Numbered from the whole stretch's first letter, positions 23,536-36,259 are shown. The stretch is DNA of 63,607 bases, filler included, from Choristocarpus tenellus KU-1152 (GCA_964200185.2; 12 parts of 12 records of this genome joined end to end with filler, not necessarily neighbours in it), one strand, 5' to 3'. Translations and numbers: made by a program. Notes: generated by a model from the letters alone, not told the origin.

Positions 23536-26500
23536 CTTCCTCAAGTGCTCAGCCGCATCTGCACTTCCATCACCAAAAGGTGCTGCAGCACCAGGCAGGT
23601 TACCCTCTTTGGGGCACTCTGAAGTAGACTCAACAGTAGCCCGCCCGTAGATCATCGGTATCTTTGGTCCACCTGCCACACAACAATAACACACAGGGAA
23701 GATCAGAAGGGAACAATCGATCCAATCACGCGCTTTCATTTTTTCTTAATAAGTGTTGATTGGTTACATTAAGAGCCTTTCAAATTCTCTCGAAGAGTTA
23801 AAAAATCGACGGAACACCACGATCTCCATCATGAACAAAGTAAAACTACTCACTAGGAAGGCGTATTTGTAGTATTGATAACTCAAGTGAAGATAGTACA
23901 ATGAGGAGTCACACAGGGGGGGGGTATGAGCCTAAAGCGATGACAGAGAGCCCTCCCCCCCCCAAAAAAAAAACAAACACCGCAGCATAGTGAGCACTAT
24001 GAACAGATCCAAAACCACATTATACTTCAGGTTTCAAGATAACTGTACAAAAGGCAGAGATTTCAAAGAGCCTTAATCGTTATTCTACCACTCCAAAAGT
24101 GCTTGCTATGGGAAGCCTAGGAGTGTAAAACCCCTCTTGAGGTTGACAAGAGTGTAAAACCCTAACCCTAACCCTAAAACCCCTCTTGAGGTTGACACTC
24201 TAGCAAGTACCTGACACAATCTGTCACAATCTGTCACAGGTGTGTCTTCACTGCTAGCTTCCCTCCCCACCCTTACCACCAAGAAAATTAATATCTAGCT
24301 CGTCCAGAAAAGACACACTTTTTCTCAAAGAGGTAACGGCACTTACTGTAGACAGTAGGGGTACAGAGTCTTTTCATCAGGAAAGGAGCAGTAAAGACAC
24401 ACCTGAAACATATAATATCAGGTACTGCTCAACTAGCAATCTCAAAAAGTGACACACATTAAAAAAAAAATTAAAATAGAGACTCCAGATCGGTGGGCTA
24501 GCAGCAGCTACCGTTGCGTACAGCACAGACAGGATAGTACAGGTGTACAATCTATTGGGATTGTCCCATAGAATAGCATCTTCAGAACCAGATTTTCGTA
24601 AAACAAAGTCTGGCGTTGATGGGATTCACGGGTCGCAGCCACCTGAACCACTGAGCCACAAGGACACTAATAGTACAACAGTACCAGGGAGACAAAACTA
24701 AAAATTAAGATTGAAAGTTTCCCCACGACAATCCTACTACACCACGTAGCATACCAGTACTCGCTGTACTTGCATTCTTGATGCATTCTTGATACATTCT
24801 TGCATCTTTATCTTTGCTGTCCGTGCACGACTTGACTGTACAGTTACGGAAAGTGCACCCTCAGCACGCTACAGTTACGCTACACTCATGGTATTAGAAC
24901 AGCCGGACAGGAAGGTCATCATACCATGATATCATCTGGACGGTAGGGTACAGTAGGCTAAATAGCACCAACGGTCACCACGGTATCGTTACGGAATTGT
25001 AACAGTTGTGCATGGTTTTCCAACGCCTACACGGTTTTCCAATACCTACACGGTTGCCAACAATCTATCTATTATATATTTCCAACAGTATGGTTGCAAT
25101 ACAGACCAACTGTTAACTTTTTTTCTCAACTGTAACCATACCATAACCATGAAATAATCACGGTCATTACTGTGCTCTTCTAGGTACGAGGAGAATCCAC
25201 GTTAATTGTAAAAAAGGGACCAACAGCAACAAATAAAAAAAAGTTGCACAGCCTACTCGACCTCTCTATGCTAATCGCACTTGACCCACTGGAACACCTA
25301 TCACAAGAGCGTACTCTCTGCACTCAGCACAGGAAAAAAAAAAATGCTCTTGACGGAAACGATCCAGCGAAATGATCACAATGAACTTCACAAGCTCCTT
25401 TGTACAGGATAATCTTCAGCCATTCTGAACTCTCAAAGAAGAGAGGTCCACGGATAAACAGAACAACAGTATTGACCTTGGCTTTTAAAGGAGCACAAAA
25501 CCCAGGTCATGGTACCATGTAGACAAGAAGTACCAGAAACATGCACAAACCCGAAAAATTCAATGTCAAAAACTTAGGTTTCATTGGTACAACAAGTATA
25601 CTCGTCCCTCAGCCCAGGCCTTACAGGGATAAGTTGAAGGTGAATGTGTAAAGAGGACAGGCGCGAGACGAAATACTAGTTACAACTCAATCAACAACAC
25701 CTGATATCAAATGGACAGATTAAGTGTCAAAACGTTTATGTACCTCACTAATTTAAGACATACCTGCCAACTCGACAGCCAAAGCACTGCCCATCTGCAT
25801 TAGGTCAGCCCATCCCACCTCAGGCCAGGCCTCCTTCACGGGGGCTAGAAGTTCCAATGCACCACGAAGACCAGCATTAGCACCATGGTTGATCTCGGGT
25901 TCAAAGCGGATTGAGCCGTTGGCACCACCACAACTGCAAGTTGATGAATGTGTACAGTGTGAATGCATGTACCACAAAAGGAACAAGGGTCAAATCAAGC
26001 AAGGCAATACCATCAAGAACCAAGACTCTGTATGCGCTGGGAACTAGCAGAACAGAGTAGACAAGCAACACAGATTCGGAAGATATACAGCTCTTGTCTG
26101 AGAAACATTTCATAAACAATATTCAAAAATGCTTATACAGTAGTAGTATATACTTCATGCTTGTGTGACAGTGCAGATGTACAAGATAGTGACGACAATA
26201 CATCTCAACTCAAGTTCAACCACCTAAAAAATAATTTCAAAAGTCTAGGAAGGATCTCATGATCTTTTTTCGTCTCACAACCATGTGGAATAGACCTAAA
26301 AACTAATCGTGGAACACTACTTCTAGGTCTAGAAAGTGTATTTTTTTACTCCACTAAAAGCAAGTAAATAAGAGGTTTATCAAAGCTCAACAAACGCCAA
26401 AAGGCTCCCAAGGTCCTGAGTAGGAAAAACAAGCATTCCTACATGCTACAATACCCATTTTATACCCCACAAAAATAGGGCAAACAGTCACAACCTAAAC

Positions 26501-27701
26501 ACCTAGTACACTCAGACATAAAAACCTCTCCATATCTGGTACACGGAGCCACCTCGTGGTGATCGTAAGAGAGATAGCATGCATAGCAAGACTGACGTGA
26601 ATGTTCGGGTATTTCTGTAAGTCTCAACATTGTTTAGTTTATTTTTGTTTTACTTGAATCAATACAATTCACCACATTTGCCCAAATCTACAACATAAGA
26701 TTAACACATGTTAGTATCACTTTGACGCAGTAGGGGCACAGGAAGTAACGCATGCAATGCATATCGCCATTGCCGACTTAAGTGTGAGTGTACGAGTGAG
26801 GGTCTGTTCCTGTGCATGTTCAACTCAGCGACCATCTGCACCCAACCTACGTGGGATATTCGGAGCCATCTGCTGTGTAGGTCCCAGAGTCGTGCCATGC
26901 GAGGCGGATCAAGATTGGGTTGCTGTTCTCCACATAGATCATGGACGGGATTCAACCGTCGCCACGTGAGGGAAGATGAGGGTAGTTCGGGAAAGGGAGC
27001 AGAAGTCAGTTATTGAAGAATGAGGGAGCGAGGTATAGGCATCTGCACATGACTCTCGACTTTGTACGACGAAATAGAGTGTACTGCAGAAGACACCCAA
27101 AAGATCGACGACGTACGCACGTCCCAGACCCCATTGGAATCAACTAGCCCAGCCTCGTACTCACAAGCTCTGAAACAAATCCAAAGACAGTACACACCGA
27201 AAAAGTAAAATGATTCACCAGTGGGTTGATTTGATGACATCTTCCAGCTGAGCCTTGGCTCCCTTCAGAGAATCTACGATGGGGCGACTTGCCTGAGCCA
27301 AGGATCGCCGTACGAGAGAGATAAGTTAGAATCCCCCACGCAGTAGCTTCTATCTTCGTTCAATATCCAAATTCAGATAAAATTGTCTCCCGGAAAGGAA
27401 GAGAACAGTAAAACAACTCATCAACATGAACGTTCAATATAGAACACACCAGAACATATGCATCGCAGTCGTACAGGTCCTAATACACAAACGCAAGGGT
27501 TACTCTCACGGAATCATCATTTCTGTAGTTACTTATCCACTGAGAAAACCTCGCTGAGTATTCAACGTTGGTGGGGCATGGAGGGAAAGACATCCTGTCC
27601 AACGATAGTTGACACTCCTAGTCCAAAGTTGGAGATGATCCAATACGAATCGAACATAAGATCTTTCCTCCTATGGTCGTCACTTTAATCGATCTTACCA
27701 T
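23536..27701 (-). CDS. APX: Ascorbate peroxidase (class I heme peroxidase), 5' part
   Basis: Exons 27701-27699 (ATG only), 27292-27219, 26922-26851, 25933-25764, 23672-23536. Protein [41 protein letters not shown]...[21 protein letters not shown]...[27 protein letters not shown]...CPKEGNLP...AEHLRK, with the distal R-L-A-W-H motif. Confidence 0.93.
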
Positions 27702-27914
27702 TTTTGAAATCCTTGAGAAGGTGTTTGCAGATAAGTTCCTAGGGGGTGTCACCCTCAGCTAGTAGAAGCTATCGCCTTTGCGTGTGTGACTACAATCGAT
27801 CTTCTTTAGTGGTGCTACGTGTATCTAATTAGTCAGTATTGCTGATGGTTCACATTCGCGCGTCAGACACGTGCTTGCGCACGGTGAGGATATATAATAT
27901 TAAAAGATACTTCA

Positions 27915-28091
27915 CATACAAAGCAATATTATCAATATGCAAGGGGATGGGCATCCCTTGCACCACGGAGGACGGTAGCCCTTTCACTGTGGACCGAAAT
28001 CTTCGCATGGATCTGGTGTTTCACGCAGGGGCACTAGCAGATGCTGGAACTGCTCCCTACAGGGACAAAGGTCTCCTGCTGGACATCACCT
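27915..28091 (+). mobile_element. 5'-truncated RLE-type (CRE/R2-like) non-LTR retrotransposon, endonuclease fragment
   Basis: GIPCTTEDGSPF...LRMDLVF...GAL...KGLLLDIT matches the R-x-D...(L/I)LD(V/I)T pattern of restriction-like endonuclease LINEs. Confidence 0.7.
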
Positions 28092-28191
28092 NNNNNNNNN
28101 NNNNNNNNNNNNNNNNNNNNNNNNNNNNNNNNNNNTTAATTAATTAANNNNNNNNNNNNNNNNNNNNNNNNNNNNNNNNNNNNNNNNNNNN

Positions 28192-28473
28192 GTTGCTGCC
28201 GCTTGGTTTGGGTGTGGAAGGGAGGTCATTTTTTGTGGAAATCTCGACTTCTACTGCAGAGATGGTGGTGTGGAGTACGAGATGCTTGTGCGTCAACGTA
28301 TTTCTGGTAAGGTTTCTGCCAATTGCTCTGTGGTCCGATCAACGCAAAGAGGGGAGGAAAAAGGATTGGGGCATGGAAGCAAAAGTATTAGAGGATGGTG
28401 GCAGAACGCACTAATGGAGATGAAATCTAGGTTGCCACCGGGCCAAAAAAAACATGCGTATGAGGACACATAA
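28192..28473 (+). mobile_element. Possible degenerate RTE LINE 3' end
   Basis: Frameshifted Trp-spaced C-terminal pattern (KKDWGMEAK...GWW). Confidence 0.3.
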
Positions 28474-29097
28474 TCACAAACTCTTCGGGAAGATAATAAA
28501 TTCAATGCACCAAATGCATATGTCCGTTGATTTGGAGAACATCTGACCTCTCCACCTTAACATGTCTGTCGAGGCCTGTGTCTGTTGAAACCTGAATCGA
28601 ATGCATTGTATATGTAAGCGAAATACGTAGACTATGAGTGAAGAGGTATCATGGTGTTGCAAAGCACCGATGAGTAGGATGCGTAGTCTGTGGTATGAGT
28701 AGATGTGGTTGCGAAGCAAAGCACTGATGTATTTGTTCTGTTGCAACTGAAGTCATTGATCTCTCAGTTAAGAATGATATGATGTAATTCAGTGTTATTT
28801 CATAATATACTTAGTGAAAGAAGTCCATGCTCTGTGAAGAGGCTTGTTACCTTGGCTGACAAGGGTTTCAGTATATGGTTTTAACTCTGTGTGTATTACA
28901 TCCAAGTGTGTGTCAGGGGCACTATTGCAGAGAGAGCTTGAAGTTCTCAGTGAGTGGACAATGACAATCAATAAAAAAATAATAATCAACAATTACCGTG
29001 TATCTGGGATCTTATGCATATAAAAAGAAAGAACAGAGATGGCAGACAACAACAAATAGAAAAAAGGAACACAAGGTAACAGTGGAACGCACTTGAT

Positions 29098-29279
29098 GAC
29101 CCAAAGTATCTGGGAGGGGGGGGGGATCTACACCAGGGTGTCCATTTGGACCAAAACCAGGAAAAGTGCATTTACAGTATCCATCCGACTTATGCAAACA
29201 AGAAATAACCCAAAAGACGCGACATGAAAAAATTGACCCCAAACGGACAGCCACCACCCCCTCCCAGATAATTTTAGTC
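29098..29279. mobile_element. MITE subfamily B (about 180 bp)
   Basis: TIRs GACCCAAAGTATCTGG / CCAGATAATTTTAGTC, flanked by TGAT on both sides. Confidence 0.88.
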
Positions 29280-29972
29280 TGATGCAAGTTTTGAAGTAAC
29301 TTGGATGACGTGTGCTATGATGTTCCTATGCGTGATGTGGATCAACTGAATATCAACTGATGCTATACTTCTATCTACTGTCATCGATGTGATGATTAGT
29401 TGGGATGCGCAATAAATAAATGAACACTAACAACCAATGCAGTGCACCAATCAACAGTCAGTACAAGCTGGTAGTTTGTGTATCATACCAACAAGAGAAA
29501 CAAATGAGTAGTCTATGTTTTAACACCTTCCCCCGACTGAAAGAAGCGGAAAACTATTGATGGAGTGTGACGTACGGGCCACGAACAAAAGAGGACACAA
29601 AAAAAATTAGAAGACTAAGTGAATGGAGAAGATACACACTAGTGACTACAAAAAAGAACGCGGAATGAAGAACCAAGGAAAAAATGGGAAGTCTAAGAAT
29701 CAACGTCCTTGGCGGTGGCGAGGAGTCTTGAACGAAGGTATTCAAATCGAACGCGTTACAGGTTCTTGGTCAGAATGCCTGCAAGTTGTTCCTTGGTGCA
29801 GATATGGACAACACGAACGATGCCAGAAGCCACCGTTTCCCGGAGGTTTCATGGGATCAAATCTCGCCATGGTTACACATCCGTCAAAAGGCTAAACACG
29901 CTGCCAGGATACACAACCTAACATTAGTAAATACCCCGCCGAAGCTAGTCAGCTGACTTTCTGCTCGGTAGC

Positions 29973-30720
29973 TCATGGGTTTACTAATGTTTCAACAGTG
30001 TCGGACTGGCGAAGCAAAGGGTGACTCACAAACAGGAATTGGCTTATTTTGCTCCTCAAAGCCGTGTCTGTCGTCAGTATGGTGGCAGTGGTAGGACTTG
30101 TCCAGAACCAGACCCGTGTAGGAGCGTCTTGGTCAATACTGTAGTGTTGGACAAGAAACTGTATATTTCGCAAGTCGCCATTCTCCCATTTGACCTCGTA
30201 GGGGTAGCTGACTCGCTTCTCTCTAACGTTTACCATGTAGTGCGGCTGGTACTTGGTCACGGTCCCTCGCATCCGCTGATCGTCCCATCTGAAGTATAGT
30301 CCCCTGCCCTTGACTCTGGCATTGAGTGTTTCTCCCTCATCTAAATCTGGCACATAACTCAGTGTCGGTTCAAGGAGTATATATTTCTATGTATCCTTGT
30401 CCATGTCCCTACGCTTCCGCTGGCGGTCATTAAACGACCGACGGCGTTGTCTGACACACAGGGCTGCAGCCTCGTCAATTTCCCTATTGTTCTTCTCTCG
30501 AAGTTGGTTGACACCCTCCTCAATCTCGTCCTCTGTCATAGTACGACCCCAGTTGACGGGGCAAAGATTTTTCGCCATCGTCCGGGAGGTAAGTATTATA
30601 CAAGAATGTGCACCGATGTCCTTGCCGGAGCCGGACTAGCGATCCTCAGAGGGGAGACCCCCCAAGGCCATCGCTGGCGTAACATTGGCAAGGTGGCTGC
30701 GCACGTCTTCTCAGAGCAGG
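29973..30720 (-). pseudogene. Decayed ORF (coiled coil plus an SH3/Tudor-like C-terminal domain), probably TE-associated
   Basis: ORFs 30387-30578 and 29973-30353 share one frame, which is broken by two TAG stops. The C-terminus reads KGRGLYFRWD...GTVTKY...YPYEVKWENGD...YS...AP..VW. Confidence 0.5.
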
Positions 30721-31563
30721 CAGCTAAAAAAATCGCCTACTGACACGCTCTCGTTGACATAAGTTGTCATGACGGGAGTCATTTCCAGAGGAATGAGTAA
30801 GTCAATCTTTGACCGTGACGATTCAAGTGTACCGTATGGATGTATATGCATTTACCCCCCTGCTAACCCCACAACAGACACAATGTTTACCGTCTAGTTC
30901 GTGCCTCGTGAGACAGACACCATGTCATGCAAGTGACTTACCGTTCAACTACCCATGTAGTTCTCCCACACTCTAAGGGGCGTCCGAAACAAACGGCCCC
31001 GGGCCGACCAGGACAAAGGAAAGAAGAAGACAAGAGGGAAGGGGAAGAAAAACAGACCAGGTGTCGGTGAGCCAGACCTTGTGTCTGCCGCCCAGGCGAA
31101 AGAGGAGTGGGCATCTCAACCCTGGAAAGTCCAATTGGCATACATTAGACGTATGCACACGAAGAATGTCTTCATCAAGAGGGATGTCCCGGAGGTTCGT
31201 CATACAAGTGATGAACGACCTCAAAAGGAAAGAGGAGCTTGGAATAGACCCCTACGCCGATGACTCCTCAGCAGGGTCTTCAGAAGAAGGTCCTCCAAAG
31301 AAAAAATACATCCTCAGCGAGGAGGTACTCAATGGAGTATAAGGTTCATTATTATGCAAAAGAGAACTCTTCCAATAGAGTCTTTGCTTTAAGTTGTATG
31401 GATTTATTTATTAGCGGAGTGAGCACNNNNNNNNNNNNNNNNNNNNNNNNNNNNNNNNNNNNNNNNNNNNTTAATTAATTAANNNNNNNNNNNNNNNNNN
31501 NNNNNNNNNNNNNNNNNNNNNNNNNNCCCCCCTCCCAGATACTTTGGGTCTCATATGGGGGAG

Positions 31564-31617
31564 TGTGCAAAATAGGACAATAGTGAGGTGAACCTTACTA
31601 TTGTCCTATTTTGCACA
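31564..31617. repeat. 26-bp near-perfect inverted repeat (hairpin)
   Basis: TGTGCAAAATAGGACAATAGTGAGGT-GA-ACCTTACTATTGTCCTATTTTGCACA, one mismatch. Confidence 0.95.
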
Positions 31618-31899
31618 GGTTATGAGAGATTATCATTTTGATTGAGTCCATGGGATATAACTAATGAGAAAGTACATCAGGATTATGAATGCGAATATGT
31701 ATGGGGTTTTTTTTTGCATTCAACTACTTTGACATAATCGTTGACTTGTGTAGGAAGCACAAATAATAATAAACAAGCAATGAGAAGACACCCCACAAAG
31801 GTCGCTCTTCGAATTCCACCCATTCTTTTCACGTTCAGCAGAGTGGGTCGTGTGAGGCTTCACACCTTCTTGTTTTCACTACTGATAAATAGCATTACC

Positions 31900-33560
31900 T
31901 CCCAAGGTAAATGACACACTTCTCATTTCTACAACTCCTATGCCGGGCTTGTTTCCCTCCTTGAAGGTGGCGATGGTGGTCGCCAGGGTGTCCTGTATGT
32001 TGCCAACTGCTATCCGCGGTTGGAGTCGGATTTTAGCCAGATATGAGGTACAGGGGACAAACATGGATCGGCAAAATGCAGGAAGGGATACTATGTTAGG
32101 GTTATATTTCGCAATGCACACAAGAAATGAAATGTATATATGTATATGTATGATCGCTTAGAGAGATACGTCAAAGATATGGCAGAACAGATACAAACAT
32201 AGTGCATGTCTACTCCTTGTAGAGAGCCTCAATAGGGGGATGTACAAACCAAAGACTTGTTAGGGGAAAGGACACAGCTTCGTATACCTAACCCTGGACA
32301 TAGATTCAATCTCAAGCACAACCATGCTACAAAGTAAGTTGGCCATGTACACATTGTGCGGTAGCAAAAGCTACACAGACTAGTACCCTACCACAGATTT
32401 CATGTTCAGCATTAACACACTTCCAAAATGGCATGTCAACCCCTCTGGAACATGTAGTGCCTGATTCTTCTGCTCCCTCTCACAACCTTGACAGCACTTT
32501 CCCTATACTCGTCTGCATCTCCACCTCTGTACTTTTCTGAATCCTGATGAATAAATTGTAGGAAAGGTCTTGCTTCCGAGTAGAACAATTCTGATGGCGA
32601 GAGGAATTTTCTTTGCCCTGATGCAAATCATTATAGAGGCAAAACAAGATACAGGCTGGGCACAGAAGGACACGGGGGGAAGTTTATTAAGCCATAAGGT
32701 GAGGATTGAAAACGTATTCACACGGGTGCATATCGAAAGAGATTTGGTTGATGAGGTTGAAGAAATCGTACTATCCACATCTCCCACAACAAAAAACAGA
32801 GATGGACCCAGACGAAGCACTTTCAAAGCATGTAATAATAATTCGTGTCAATATTGCAGTATGTCGCTTGCAAATCTCATCCTTTTATCTTAGTCGTAAT
32901 ATTCAGTAAGGAAATCTACTAACTTAACAGTTGTGTTACAGTTGTTTTGATGCAGAGCTGCTTCAGGGAAGATAATTCTACTGCCCGTATTGGGTACTAT
33001 AATATACAAGGCATTGATTTTTAAAAAATGAACCAGCTTTCCGCGCCAACCACTGAAAGTTTGAATTACATGTAGTGACTAACTTCACTCTCTTCCCGGG
33101 CTTATGACCTGCCTCATCTTGCATCCTCCTCTTTCGTCATATTTCTCCCTCCCCATGCGGGACAACACCTTCAAGTTGCTGATGAAATAGTGAAAGTTTC
33201 CCTTCTTACTCTGTTGTTCGTACCAAAAGGTTGCTAGTCAAACTCTCTTGTGCTTTGGAGTCCAAACCAGCCCGTTCTCTATAAGCCTGATCACCAAAAG
33301 CATCTACCCCCCCCTTCTTCCACCAACCGCCGTTGGTCTTGGACAACTAACCCTCTTTCGCCAACCAAATTCCTGACCCATGTTGCATCAAAACAGGTGA
33401 GACAAACAGCTACAGCCGACAAAACCACGATACAGACGCCCCACACCCACAAAGGGGGCAATGGGGTTGAATGTGCATGAGTTAGACAGTCTCACACAAA
33501 ATTGAACTCACCTGCACTTGACATGGACATACATCGCTCCTTGATGAAAATCCTGGCAGT
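31900..33560 (-). CDS. Two candidate exons of an unidentified gene
   Basis: AG/GT-bounded blocks at about 33512-33552 (IFIKERCMSMSSA) and about 31899-32006 (VGNIQDTLATTIATFKEGNKPGIGVVEMRSVSFTLG) join in phase. No family recognised. Confidence 0.35.
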
Positions 33561-33863
33561 AGGGGAGAGATTGACTTATCCAAATGGGCGGATGAAGTGC
33601 CACCATGGTGCGTTGGTAGGTCACACAGGTGCTCGCATTTTGAGATAATTAAACGGACTTCAATTGGCGAAAGCAGTTACCGATAAGATGTTCCCAAAAA
33701 CAATCTTGTAACACCTGTCAAATGATATTCTTGATATCGCTATGTCAACCAATACCAAACCAATACCAAACCAATATCAAACAACAAATAGTACATTTTG
33801 GTGTACGTTAATTTTGATATTATTGAGTATTGGATGTATCAATAAATTTTCGACATTTTGATA

Positions 33864-35705
33864 CTTCCTCCGTTCGGAATTAAATGTAACATAGCTGTTG
33901 TACCTTTGATGAAGGAACAAGATTTTTTTTCACAGGTTAATACTTTATGGGTGTATTGTGCAGACATTAAAAGGTTTCTTACCAACGCCTCAAGCAACAT
34001 GGGGTAGCATACACATATCTATGACTCTGCCCCAGAAGCCCTCCAAAACTCTATTATTCCAGCACAGTATTTCGGCACATCCACTGGGGCATTCGGGGGG
34101 AGCTTTTGACTGCCTTCTCCGCCTTTTCCTTGCAAAGGTGGGGAATTTTCAAGACGTTGTCACCCCAGCTCTTCACGGTAGACTGCGAAGAGGCTCTCTC
34201 AGACACCATCTAGTGTTTTCTAGGTGTACACATCGAACGCCCCCATTGTGATCTCCACCAGCTACTCTGTATTGGTCACCCCGCTATCTCCTCGATTGCC
34301 CCCATGATCCCCCCCTTGTAGTGTGGCTTTGCCCTGTTCTGCTGCACAAAGATGGTGGGTCCTTCCGGCCTAGGCATGCGGCCCTTGATTTGCTGGGATG
34401 ATATCCTTAATCATGAACTTCTTATACCTCTCCCCATCCACCATGGCTAGCACATGCACCTTGATGGCCTTGGGTTGGTGTTTGCTGGAGTGTGGATTGA
34501 CCTTAGTGTCCATGATTGACCAGATCCCGGTTTTCCCATTGGAGAGCTTCCTAGGGTGGACCACAGCTGTAAGGGAAATCACCATAAAATGTAACGCTTA
34601 CCCTGTGCCCGTGGGGGTTGGGGTAGTCCTCAGTGGGGTGTAGGTACACATCTTTCCCATCCTCGAGGGCGATTAACCATTTCTTGTCTTGCACCCAGTC
34701 ATCTAAATCGTCCACTAATACCCCACCTCCCCCTCTCCTGTGCGCGTTGCTGATGTCAAAACCTACTCTGTTGAGTTTCTGCTGACTTGACAGGGCTGGT
34801 TTAATCCACCGCTTGACCTTCTTCATTTTCTCACACTTGTATAGATCCCATAACAAAGCAAGGGGGACCCCGCCCTTGGTCACCCATTTGCGGAAGGGTG
34901 CGCAGTGTACCAATGGGACATGTTTTATGTTGTGGTGTTTACTTTCAACAAGTATTTTGGTACTCACTCTTATTTTAATTTGACCTTGTTGCCAATTTGT
35001 ATGAAATCCTATGTAATATTTTGTATTGTTACGTGTTTTCCCATCTCTCCTAAAATAGAACAATGATAATGATTGCTTCATCAGTTACCTGTCAATAAAA
35101 TACCACACCTACATAGTAATATATATTCCAAACTTCGAGGATACCTGTACGGCAGTCACATTGCCCCTCGTGACGTTGTACAAGGTCCATGGATTCACCC
35201 CGTGTAATCTGGTTGTCATATTCCTTCAGACGACGGAACACAATGGTTCGGGAAATCCCAGAGTCCTCCACAATGCCCACTGCCATCCCCTGAGGCATCT
35301 GAATTTTGCACTCTCTCACTTTCAGGTATCACACCACTACGCTGTTCTTCATCGGGGTGTTTGAGTGCTGACCCCAGAACTGACTTCTGGGACAAATAGG
35401 GACCGACAAGCGATGACAGGGTGAACTAGCCACTTGAACGACGGGGGCCTTTTCATCTTAGGCATCCCAATACACACTTGCATTGACAGTTTCGCGAGGT
35501 TTTCGAACCCTGACAGATGCAACTTGGTCGACTTTGCACTGGTGATCTTCCACAGTCATGACAGCCCACCATCTCAAACTTTGCACGCCTTCCAATCCAT
35601 ATGATGATAAACAAGTGTCGTTCGGAGGGTTTATAATGCGGGCCATTCCTGGGTGAGAACGGGGGTTGCAAAAGTTAGGTTAAATATAATTCCGAACGGT
35701 GGAAG
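33864..35705 (-). mobile_element. Tc1/mariner transposon, same family as copy 1, decayed (copy 2)
   Basis: TA-flanked TIRs CTTCCTCCGTTCGGAATTA / TAATTCCGAACGGTGGAAG. Colinear with 2868-4891 (VKRWIKPALS, VDGERYKKFMIKDIIPA), with an internal deletion near 34285 and an insertion near 34922-35126. Confidence 0.92.
34922..35126. mobile_element. About 205-bp AT-rich insertion with imperfect TIRs inside mariner copy 2
   Basis: Absent from copy 1 (GGGACAT|CCCAAAC). The ends ATGTTGTGGTGTTTAC... and ...AAAATACCACACCTACAT are imperfect inverted repeats. Confidence 0.6.
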
Positions 35706-36067
35706 TATTTGTTTCACTTTTTTGTATGGAAGTTCGAAAACCTAACCCAACCCCCCATCCCCAATCCTAATCCTAACCTTACTTGTGTGTGAAGAATTTC
35801 ACTAACCAGGCAAGGAAACATTGTGGGAGAAGTTTCACACTATGGTACAGCAGTACAGTGGGGAACGACCACATCTCAAGGATACACCGTTGTCATCTCT
35901 TTTTTACTTTTTTCAACACATGTTTTTGAAAACATAGCCCTAACCTTCATCTGAAGAAGCGAAAAATGTATGATAGACAGTGGTGGTTCCCCAAAACGGG
36001 GATTCCGCTATGCATTCCACTGTTTACTAAAAGTAAAAAAATGATGGNNNNNNNNNNTCCCACGTGT

Positions 36068-36250
36068 GGCTCAAAGTTGCTGGGGGGGGGGGGGGGGGGT
36101 CTACATCAGGGTGTCCATTCAGGCCCTAACCAGGAGAAGTGCACTTACATTATCCATACAACTCATGCAACCAAATTCACCCAAAAACCACGAAATGGAA
36201 AAATGGGCCCCAAAAGGACAGCCACCATTCCCCCCCAGATACTTTGAGCC
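36068..36250. mobile_element. MITE subfamily B (truncated pieces of the family also at 31527-31550, 37217-37368, 37469-37490, 52678-52699, 57294-57398)
   Basis: TIRs GGCTCAAAGT / ACTTTGAGCC, TGT duplication, and internal similarity to the copies at 29098, 48751 and 49422. Confidence 0.88.
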
Positions 36251-36259
36251 TGTTCTTGT

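Noticed and set aside
29973-30720. Stop-codon reassignment (TAG read-through) suggested by in-frame TAGs
   Set aside because: The intact host exons contain no in-frame TAG; point-mutation decay of a dead copy is the simpler explanation.
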